Positions 12,801 to 24,800 of a DNA stretch of 64,000 nt are shown here, in pieces. The stretch comes from Camelus dromedarius (Eukaryota). The position numbers were made by a program, and so were the translations under genes. The notes beneath the pieces are model-generated. The model was not told the DNA's origin and did no database searches. It saw nothing but the letters and a program-made list of their open reading frames with translations. The stretch is from contig NC_087437.1 in assembly GCF_036321535.1 (NCBI RefSeq), positions 111,850,001 through 111,914,000 on the forward strand. Reading direction: 5' to 3'. Every line of letters begins with the position of its first letter. The stretch's first letter is position 1.

Positions 12801-15800
12801 CTGACATGTAGCAGCACTAACTATTCCTCTTGGTTGAATTATTCAGGACTCTCTAAACCAGGAATCTCCTTTAGGGCTGAGTGCCCTAACTTTCTAGACC
12901 ATACAGGCTGCATGGGGCTGCCCCTGGGATCTGAAACATATTCTTGTCACTTTCAGAATTCTATGATGCTGAAGGCTAATACCATTTATGATGCAAGTAC
13001 TAAAGAAACCCCACGACAAAGTGTTACCACTGATCTTGAGAACTCATCATGATATTCAATAATAAAAAAAATGGGTGCAAGTTTTTACAATTAAGCAAAA
13101 AGTGCCTGATTCTAAAGCAGAGGCCACAAAATTTCAAACTATTTCATGGTAAAAACCACAGCCAAGGAGAAACCCTACTCACAACGAATCTCATTTCCAA
13201 GTAAATGTCTAACCTTTTTCCAGATTGAAGTTTGTAATATCTGTAGAAGTTTCTTCATCATCACTGGACAGGCCTTCAAGGTGATCTGCCGTCTTACCAG
13301 TTTGCTCTCTGGCTTGTCTACGACGAGTCCTAAACAACAAATAACAAGCTCCCACACCAGACAAAAGGGGCTCCACCCTTCACAAGCAAACCAAAGGAAA
13401 GCATTGGTAGAACTACCTCCTGGCCTCCCGTTCTGCAATCCGACGCTTTGCGTGCTCCTGATACAGTGCCCGATCTCGTCCAAAGGAATCAAGATTTGGT
13501 GCCATCAGAGCCTTATCTGTAAAACAGTAACGGTTAAAATTAAAAGCCTTCCTTCAACAATCTTGAGGAAAGAGTTTGCACAGAATAAGCCATAATGACA
13601 GACTGCTTACGAATCTCAACAGCAGGGTTCTGCAGTATCTAGTAAACCAGACAGTTTTCTAGTTCAGAGCAAATCTCAGTATTATTGTGTTCCCACAAAA
13701 AGGAGTAGAAAAATAAACAGAGAGCTCAACAACACTACACAAATGCAACTGGGCTTAATCACTGTTCTTATGTCTACTAAGAACAGAACTAGTTTATGCT
13801 ATCATGATGACCAAATAAATTAAAAATCTGAATTACTTGTGCAAAGGGAAAAATAGTTAAGATTTTTTTTTAAGGATGAACTTAAGCACCACATGTTGAA
13901 TGATATGAAATGACAGCAAAGAAACAAAGGTAGGAAGGATGAAAAAGCAGCTTTGTTGCAGGAGTTTAATAATTTATTCTAATTTTTCTTTGTAGAAATT
14001 AATTCTCTATTACTATTTTTAGAACAAGAGCAGAGTCAACATGTAGACTGAAAATCGTACCTAAATAGGAACAAATCGTGCTTTCTCAAACACTACTTTC
14101 AAAGCACAATGCTCTTATTTCTTTTTTTCCACATTTTCCATCTCTATTTTTTAATTTCCAGGGCAATTCTCTAGCTTTAGCTTTCAACCTTTCTATTTAA
14201 ATTTCTATTTCAGTTACCACATTTTTTTAGTTTCCAAGAGATGGTTCTTAGTCTTAGAATATCTCTCTTCTACAGCACCCTCTATTTGCACTATGCACAG
14301 GATACCTTCTAGCATCTCCCTGAGGATATCAATTATGTTTTAAATTTTCTCCTGCCACCTGCAGTCTTTTTCCTCAGTCCTTTGGTTCTATTGCTTGTGT
14401 TGCTCTCTGATGATCATTAACTACCTCCTATGTAAGAATGAGATTGGAAATTCCATGGAATAGGTGGGAGTTGTCTAACTGAGGCATATCCATCACATCA
14501 CTGGGTAGAAAGTCAACTTTTTGTTGGGGCCCCCAGATGTTAGTGTCTCAGGGTTTTTTCTCTGGACCCATTCTCTTTCTTCAGAGAAGAGTTCTCGAAT
14601 CTCTCGCCTAGGGTAGAGGAGGAGTGGGGGAAACAACTGTCTGTGATACTTCCTCACTTCCTATATGGAGATATTCTTATATATGGGATAGTAACAGGAA
14701 GCAAAAAAATCCAATGATGGGGGAATCACATGCAAAATGAAAGACAACAATTAAGGGCTTTGGCCTATTTTTTCCCTGATATCAAAGATGTGTCACCAAT
14801 AGCAGCAACAGGAAAAATAAAAACAAAAATTAGCTCTTATCTACTTCAGTGTATCCTAACTAACCTAGATGCTACTACTTTTAAAAGTTGTCTTTTTCAC
14901 TGAGTCTTTCATTCATATTTCAGAACAGCTTAAGATATTAGGAAGTGTGTTCCAGAGCTTACATTACACAAAAGATTAGTAAACGAGAAAGATGCCCCAG
15001 CTCTACCTCAACTGTGACTCCACTACACGCTACAGATGAATTAGCTAAGACATCCCAAACTACAGAAGTGATTCCTGCCTCTTTAAGCAGTAGCCTTCAC
15101 TAAAGAAATATTTTAAAGAAAATTCACTATAGTAAATGCTTAAAATGTTACTATATTTTTTGTAAAACATATATTGAGGGAGATAAAAGAGTAGATGACT
15201 CAAGTGATAGCCTACTTCATTTTTGTAAGAACTGTATGCAATAACTGTGATAAGTTTACAAATCTAAACAGATGAATTTCAGGCTATGTTTTGTTTCTTC
15301 AAAAAAAGATCAGAAAAGGAATTGATACTTTAATATCCCCCACAATTTTCCTCAACTCTTTGGCAATTAATGAATACTCCCTCTAGGATAGTATTTTTCA
15401 CTTTCTCATTACCTTTCATTTCTTTCCAACTCTCAATCTAATTAACATCCATCATTCAACTCTTACTTCAAATTCCATGTAAGTAAATAGCTCCAAATTA
15501 TAAAGAACAGAATATAGGCAGGAAAAGGTATCTGATAAAATGCACAGCTCACACAACCTTAACTTAAAAGGAAATTACCTCCCGTCGTAGGTATAAAGAT
15601 TACCTGAAATCTGCCCCAGAAATCTGGTTCTGTCTGGATCAAAGGTGATTTGGGAGGGATGCATTAGTCACTTAGATGCCCAACATGGCAACAATCCAAT
15701 TCAAACATGTGTGGCAAAAACAAAAGGTCAAAGCCACTCATATGGCTTATATCTGAGCCTGACTCATCTCTGATTATCGTATTTCCACCTCTGTATGCTG

Positions 15801-18800
15801 TTCCAAAACCCATCGGCACAAAGAATGTTTTCTTAGGGATCCAATGTCTCTCTAATCTAGAGGACATGCTATATGGCAAAGTATTCTTTTCAGAAAGAAT
15901 AGTAACTTAGGGCCCTTTGCACCTGAAACACCTAGGGTGGCTGTTTAACATGCAGATTACTGGACACTACCCAAGACCTGGGGACAGCACCAAGAAATCT
16001 GCATTTTAAACCAATATCATGGGTAATTTCAATGCATACTTCCATTTAATAACTGTTGACATAGGGACCAAAGAGATGACAAAAGAAGCCACAAGAAATT
16101 CAATGAAGGAAAATTCCCAAGCATCCAAGAATACAGAGGGCAATGAAAAAATAGAATTAAAAGGTTTAAAATGTCTGATGTTTAAAGAATTTCAGCTAAA
16201 CTATTTAATAAGAGGTTTCTAATTAATTTTGGTTTTCAATTAACACATGTAATGAAAGGAATATAAATTCAATTTCCAAATTTTTACATTAAAATTTTAA
16301 GAAGTGTAGGAATCAACTGATCTACTAAAAAAACCAGTATATAAGGCAAATTGGAAAATATTAAAAAAAATGTAAATACAAAAAATTTTGCTTTATCCAA
16401 GGGGTGAAACTCAAAACTCCCCTAATCTTGGAGTTATATCGTTTGTTATATAAAACTCCCCCCTCCTATCCAAAAATTCTCAATTCCTAATTAAAAAATC
16501 TTTGCTATGATCAACAATAGCATTTGTATCAGTGTTATAAACAAGATAAAAATGGGGCAAAAATCAATCAAGAGTCAAATAAACAGTGGTTTTAAGATAA
16601 AATACTGACAATGTCTTTTCTATACTCAAAAGAATGAAAAAATATACCCAAAGAAGAGTAAGACTGATAGAATACTAGTGCATGATTTGAGCTCCTTTGC
16701 GAGCTATTTTTCTCAAACACAATCTAAGCACATGCTATTATAATTTTTAGATCTACCTGACACAAGAACAAGGAAATTCATTTCCTTAAAAAAAAAAAAT
16801 GCTCTGAGATGTCTAATTTTCAATTAGGATGCACTAAGTAAACAAGGTTGTTTAATGAATAATAAAAACCTTCAAGATGGACTGACTTGAATGGCTTGAA
16901 AACTCCGAAGATTCATCTTTAATATCATCTTGTCGTCTTTGGACAAGGCGGGAAGCTCGCTGTTTGTACAGCTGATGTATTGCTGATTCAAGTTCATTAA
17001 TCAGTGGCACCTGTAAAAATACAACACACTCCGTAACACCAAACTCCTCAGCTGCTTATTTATCTGAGGGTTCCATATTATTTCCGGATTTCTGAAAAAG
17101 TACCCTCTGGACAGAATAACCATGAATCCCTAATGGGACACAAATAGCAATTCAGTTTTAGGATGTTTGGGAAACACCACTTCTTCTTTTAATCCATATA
17201 TAGAGCTATAATGTCCAGTGCCTAGTTATTGGAGCAAAAGTTTGGTTAGGAAACTTAACACTTTAACAGTAGTAAAGAGAGCAAGTAAAGAAATGTCAGA
17301 AATTTTAGTGCTTTTCTTCTAAAATAAAGTATTTGGAAGAACTTTTTGAAAGTCTATTTTTAATTTTCTAGCAACATGATCTGCCTTGCAATTTTTATAG
17401 TTTAAAATGAACCATTATTGCAGTGTGACACCAAAAAACATGAAATGGCTCTGAGTAGACAAGAACAGGAGTGTGCTAAATGCCCAATTTTGAACACTTA
17501 AATTGCTCTGCCATTCATGTGTACCAAGTACCTTACAGCAATGTTACACTATTTTGCAGCTGTATTGTACATTTTAAATGTGAACTGCATTCATTTACAT
17601 TAATAAGGTAAATAAAATTTCTAACTATCACTAACCTATCTAAAATCAATCTATTTCAAACTCAGAAAGTTCTTCTCTTCTTATCAAATGTTTAAATTTT
17701 TCCATATTCGTAATAAAATCCTTTGCATGAATTGTCAGTTTACAAAGTCAACAAATTTTTCCAGGTTATTATCCACAGCTAAGCATTCACTTGGTTCATA
17801 TGGAATACATAAGCTTATAGAATGAAACCTAACTTAAAAAGAAGAAACCAGAAAACTTTCTCTTTATAAATACCTCATGTTATAACCAAATGCTATGAAA
17901 CTTTCACAAAACACTAACAACCACTACACATACCTGAGGAAACCAGAAATTCTAGTTTCCTGATGGTTAGTACAAATGGAAAACACATTATTTAGAGTTT
18001 GGGAAACACTGGCACCAAGTGTTATAGCAGCTTCCTGAACTGAACAGACTGCAAATGGAAATAAAAAAAGGCAGGTGGAGTATAAAGATGTCTGTAATAA
18101 AAGCAATTTCATACACTTGCATAATTCCATTGCAAAAGCAGCAAATGTTCAGAGAGGTCAAACTGATGGAGTTGTTTTATTCTTTAATATGCCACACCAT
18201 GAGGAACAATGTCCCCAAATTTGCATTGATTATCTTGATATTAGCTGAGCCCAGAGACTCTAAAATTTACTATCATTGATTTTTAAAGTAATTACTTCCA
18301 CATTATTGTGACTTACACTTTCCCACCCCCTCATTTTTTCAAACCACGCAGTACTAAAGACAAGTGTACCCATGGACCTACGATGCATTCTTTTAGTCCT
18401 GGAGATTGTTAACACTCCTCTACTGTAAGAACTACATGCCTGAGACTGCATCAGACAGAACTTCATTATTCAATTTATAGTTACAATTCTGATACTGTAA
18501 TTTTTTTTGTTTATGTACTTGAAATACTTTTTAACAAAGCCCAGAGGAAATTTTACTGAGAATAAGAGCCCTAAAATACATTTCCAGCTCTCATTCATGT
18601 CTCTTAACAATACAATTTATCCCAATTGCACCATGACAATTTCTTTACCCTCTCCAAACTCAAAACTGTTATTAACTATTATTATTTCAGGAACAAATTT
18701 AAGGCAAAGAACACAAGGAAGATGACTACAGGAAAATAAAACAACAGAAAGTTAAAATGACCTGCAACATAATTAAAAATCTAAGTTCAAAACCACTTAA

Positions 18801-21800
18801 ATTTTTGTAAGTGGAAAAGGCAAAAAGAATATTTATCTTTCTATGGCCTTACCCTGAAACAACACTTTTTATTGTATAACTGAAATGAATATTCAAATCT
18901 ATCCAATTATTCCTAAATATTTCCAAAATGACAATTTATGACAACAGTACCTCAGGAGTGGTCTCTAATAAAACCAAATACAGAAGAAAATGTCAAAACG
19001 AATTAACACATCTTTAAAAGAGGGGTTTATCTACCTCTTTTATTAATAGAGTAGTCACTATATAATAGATAAGGTTTAAGAACTGCTCCAAACATTTATC
19101 TAAATAACTCTAAGCAAACATATGAACACAATCTAAGGAACAGGGTAATCAAGGAGAGAGAAAGTGTACTACTGTTTTTAAAATAATAAGCAGTTGAAAA
19201 CTATAGGAACTAGATGGACCTAGTACCTAGACTAGTACCTAGTCTCTTTCACTGAAACATGGTATACTCTGTGATCATATTATTGCCAGTATTTTTTAAG
19301 AGTTCAGTTTGCAATTACAAGTGTATGAGTTTACTCAAGTAAGTTCCAAAGCAAAGACCAAGGTACTTCAAGAAAAAGCTCCACAGAGACAAACTTCACT
19401 TACAAAGTATGGTTTAAAACGAAGATCCTTTCTCTGGTCACAGAAGATTTTTAGACCAGCCCCCACCACCATGCCCGCTGGGCTCAAAGGGCTTTATCCA
19501 AAGAACACCAACCACCAGCTCTGATCCTTCTGTCCGCTTCCCATTTTGACTCTAGCCCCTCTGTAAAGAGTCTAACCCATGTTTCTTTCTCACCCCTGTA
19601 CTTGTCACCCTAAGCCGCAGATCTGCCACAAGGGATACTGTAGCTCAGAATGTAGCTGCTTTTCCAGAAATTAAGTGTTAAGCACAAAACCATGAACCCT
19701 TCAGAGAAGACTTGGTGAATGCCGTCTCAGCCTGGATCTGACTACAGACAGGTTGGAACCATTAAGACCCATTAGGAAGATAGTCTGCCATTGTTCTTTA
19801 GCCAGCCTTTGCCCTTAGGGTATACTGAATTAACCCAACAGAGATAGTAAGAGTTAAAATACTCATTTAAACATACTATATGCTTACAGATTCTATGCTA
19901 ATTCACATAGCCAAGAATAAGAGAAAATGTGCCTCCGAAACCTGTTATCTCTTGCAAGTATAGAGATGGGATATTCAAAAGCACCATATTTTAATTTTTT
20001 TTTTAAAGAAAAGGCTAGAAAGTTCACAAGTGCCTACAAACCAATGCATCAAACAATACATTTATCTTAAAAGAAAAATCAATTAAAAGGTTGTCTGAGA
20101 AAAGGATTCTGTGTGCAGCTAATTTTTAAAATGCAAACAAATGGTACAACAGAATGCAAATAATTGTGCCAACTATCATACTAAAAAAAAATGAACTTAG
20201 GAGAAATAAGACCTTAAAAGAAATTATGGCCAGTGAATGGTTTCTGAAATGGATAAAGCAGAGGCTTATTCAGATGAAAACTATCAGCAGCAATGGCAAT
20301 CAATTTTATCTAGGATAAAAAATAAAAACTAACAAAATTTTGCAACTTTATGCACATTTGGAATTACTTGTAGAAAAAGTTTAAAGATAAGTTTGGATCT
20401 GACCACAAAAAAGAAAATTCTACCAGATGAGTCTCTTATAGTCTAATATTCAAGGCCAGACCAATTATCTGCCATTACATTAAGACAGGACTTGCCAAAA
20501 TCTTATTTAAATATGCTTTGAATTATCTTTTTGTTTTCAACAAAGGTACTAGATTAGCCCCTAGGATAGAATGTCGCTAATGAAGTGAAGAAAATGAGGC
20601 ATGACTTTTCATCTCTTTTAAAGCTGAATTCAGTGGGTATTTTCTGAGAAATATAGAAATGATCTCTACAAGGCTGTCTAGACTTCCCTAATTTTGCCTT
20701 ATTCAAAGAGATTAATATTTTTGCATTCTTACCTTTTCACTGAAACACTCAAGCAAGTCTTGGACATACCCTCGCATTTCTTGCAAAAATTTATACCGTT
20801 CACCAATACCCCCAGAAGACCCTTCTAATCTTTCAATAGCCCTGGTGGAGTCCACTCGGCTTTGCAGATGTTTCTCATGCTGCTGTCGATTTGTTTTGTG
20901 CAGCTCTTTCATGGAGTCCAACCTTAAGAACAGAAAAGGATAAATATAACACATTTACATCCAAAAGTCTATGCTGTCAGGACTCTTGCAAAATTACAAT
21001 AATGCACTTAGATCCACTATTAGAATACAAAAATGCATGGAGTGGATCTTTTCATTTGTACTGCTTTTTTCTCCAAAAGTGGCAGTTTATACACTTCATA
21101 TAAAGTTATTTGGTGGGCTAACCAAAAATCTCACTGTTTTGCTTTTCCCCCCATATCTTGACTACACTTTTTCAGAGTCCAAGAGGTGCAAACTCAGAAC
21201 TGTCTTCAACAAGACCATGGAGTGGCATTTTTAAAAACTTTTCGAGGCTTCCACAGAAGTAATCCAAGAAGGTAGCAGAACCAAGTATGAAGTCATCTTC
21301 TGTTTAGCTTTTGAAGGTGGGCCAGTGAATCTTCTTTGCCGATATTCTGCATCTGCTGCTACCCCAGACTACATGTTGCCTGAGGGAACAGAAAGCTAGG
21401 ACAGGTCTTTAAGAAGTTGATCTGCCCTACCTGTCTTTAAGCTGTTTCTTTACCAAATCAATAGTAACGGGAGTCATCTCATTACTGGGAGTTTTGAAAG
21501 GGACTGTATTATCTGTTTTTTGAGATTTGGCATCCGATGATCCATAGGCCGTATAACTATAAGGAATGCCATAGGATGAACCATAAGGCATTGTCTGGTA
21601 AGTGTTCTGGTAGTACATATTCACTTCAGTGGGCTGACTTGCTTGAACCTAGAAAAGAAATGGGATAGAAATGAAAACTAGTAGTAAAACTATGAAAAGA
21701 ATAATCTCATGCTTTTGGGGTTAAAAAAAAAGCAAAAATTACACCTATTTTCTAAACAGTATAAAATAAATAATCACAGAGCTCCTTAAAATCAAATAAA

Positions 21801-24800
21801 AGTAGGGATAGATGAAAGTTCTAAGTCTTATGGGATTACTGGATTCATTTCTAATAATTTTCAGAAAAACAGTATCAAAGAAGTTTAGAGTTAGAAGGGA
21901 CATTAAATTATGTCAAAACACTAGTAATAAAAATAGCTTACATTTATACAACATTTCCATTGCACTATTTACTTCTATAAAACAAATTGTTGTAACTATT
22001 TAGGAAGATATTTTTCATCTACAGTGAGTTATTGCATTACTGAGAAATACATCTTCTACAAAATAATTTTTAAAGTCAGAAAATAAACAAGCTATATGAG
22101 AAAGAAACATTCAATACAGTGGTCCTCATACTTGAGTGAGCATCAGAATCACCCAGAGGGCTTATTAAACAGATGGTGGGGCCCACCCCCAGAGCTTCTC
22201 ATTCAGTAGATCTCACTCAGGAGGGTGAGAGAATTTCCATTTCTAACAAGCTTCCAGATGATGCTGATGCTGTGGTTGAAAGACCACTTTGATAAATATT
22301 TAACTAAGAATCTAGAAATTCTTTCACCATTTTGACTGTAAAAATCAAAATATAATAGTTTCTTCTAATAGCTTAGTCAATTCAATATACAATGTTTTTA
22401 CTTCAACAAAATACAACAAAAAATTTTAAAACTAATTTCTTAATTTTTGAAGTTTAATTCTTTCATCTTACCTGAGGGATATTAATTCCTTTTCTTATCT
22501 GCTCCTGTTCCCATCGGCTGAGCTCTTCATCTTGTTCTCCAGTTACTAAAGCATCATCATCACTCCCCTCAATACCTACAGCCATAAGCAGCAAAGAAAC
22601 GTAAATTACACCAGAAAAGCAGTGACGGAAGGGATACTATTTTACATTTATTAATATAAAAACTAAGCAAAACTGTTGGTATTAACTCAATCTTACGAAA
22701 ATTAAATGTCTATTATGATCTCCATCTCATCTGATACTGACTTTGCTTGTCTTATACACAGTATCCCTTAAGCAGAAGGCAGCATCAATGTAACAGTTAA
22801 AACCTTAGATAGGTTTCCTTACCTCTGTGAGCTTGACATGAATTCAACAAAGGGAAGAACGAAACCTAACGCCTCCTAAGAATGTTGAGCCAGTTATATC
22901 TCTACGTATCTCAGGTGCTTAGCATAATACTGGTCACACTGTACTCAATAAACAATAGCTATCAAAACCATGCTCTACTTTTCAAAAAATCCCAGTGAGA
23001 CACTTGTACCCAAGCAAGAACAGTTCTATAACATTAAATGTAGTTAAATAAATATGGGTACTTTTTATTTGACTTTAATATCAAATCATATTTAGTAGCA
23101 TTGTAACAGGCTTATTGTCCCATTAAATCAAGTTACCTATTTCCTCTGCAATTTTTTGTCTTTGTGACTTTTCCTTCACAGAAAAAACTATACGGCGTTT
23201 CTCATCATCATCTTCATCATCGCTGGCATCATTCTCATCTTCTCTAACAAGGCGGCCTTTCCCAGGCTCACTATCATGAGGAGTGAAATCCCCCAACTCC
23301 CGGGCCATCTGACGCTTTTTCCTTGCAGCATGTATAAAAGCTGCATCTGGAATTTCTCCTGGAAATAGTTGGTAAGGATTATAAACTATAAAGTATTAGG
23401 GCACATGTTTCTATTTTCTTAAAAATATAAAAGATAAAAGAATTTCACCAAGATAGCCTTGCATAGTGATGTTCTAATGTTAGTTGCTGGCACCCCCTTC
23501 CCAAATTGTGCTGTGCAATCCAACTGATTTATTTTTAATTTAGTTTAAATGGAAACTAAAAGTCACTAAGGAGACTAAAAAGTACACATAATGGCAATAT
23601 GTATGGGAAGGGAGAGAAGGGAAAATATACTAAAGCAGTTTATTTTAATAGTAATTTTTTTTCATTTTTTTAAAAATAAGCAAAAGTAATAAAATCATTA
23701 CTAAACTAGGAAACAGATAAAAACAAGGTACCCACAATTTTTTACAACGCTAAAATACACCATTAGATTTCAAATATATTTCTCTTGCAAATAGTTTTCC
23801 GTTCACCTGTAAGCACACTGAATATATAATTTTCATCAATTTTTCTTCATATTAAAATAAGCTTTTTTCCAAGTTGCTAAGTACAAATTTTAATTGCTTA
23901 ACAACACTCACTCCGTAGACAAAGTATAATCTACCACATAACCAAACTGACATTTTTACCTACAGTAAAAATTAATGTCTTGCTACTTTTCTAATTGTTA
24001 TTTAAATAGCTATGTAGTATCCCATCATGTAAATGCACCTTAACTGACTAATCCATTCCTCTTCTGCTAGACATTTTATCTAAATGTTGCTCATTGCAAA
24101 TAATGTTGCAATAAAAACATTATTTCCTTGGGATAAATTTCTAGCTATGGAATTACAGTACAGGGTCAAAGCGTAAGAGTATCTGAAATCTACTTATTCG
24201 TATTGTCAAACGGTTTCCCATAAGGACTGTACCGATTAAAATGCTGCTAGATGTATGTACAGTATTTTCTCAACTTTACCAACACAGGGGGAGCGCTTTT
24301 AAATTTTATAAACATTAATGAGTTAAATGGAAATTCTTCATAATTTAAATTTGGCTACCAAGCACTTATTCAAAAGCTGATCAGCCAGTGAATAGGTCTG
24401 CAAACTATTTCCATAAAATAGTTTAAAAAAAAAAAGTGTGAACATAAAATAGCTAGTTTTGCCTTTAGCGACAGTTCTAAAAAAGTTAAAAATCTTCATC
24501 TGAAATTCATAAAAAAAGACTTTAATACCATTTATCTATTTACTTGAAGACTGATATTTGCTTTGATAACTGCTTGTCTCAGGATGAACTGGAAAGTTGG
24601 GAAGTTTCTAGTTCTCTTACTTTCTGTATTTGCAAAAGGAAACAAACATCTTGGCTTCTAACAGGGATGTCATAAGAAATACCACTTAGCTAACCCCTTC
24701 CTTAACAACCATCTTTACAGATGGCTCATTCCTGAGGGCTTACTTCAGTTGTGAGAAGTATTTGCGAGCACACACCTGGACGGAGAACGTTCAAAGAAGA

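Noticed and set aside
13146..13595. 149-aa + strand ORF
   Set aside because: Antisense to PAXBP1 exons 9-10 and their short intron; no recognisable homology.
18317..18445. Second possible cassette exon in intron 7 (donor AGT|GTAAGT at 18316)
   Set aside because: Upstream acceptor is ambiguous (several AGs, poor pyrimidine tract), so an exon cannot be defined.
21250..21381. Acceptor-like ctgttccctcag in intron 6
   Set aside because: Only 51 nt from the exon 6 donor, too short for a typical mammalian intron, and no good downstream donor was found.
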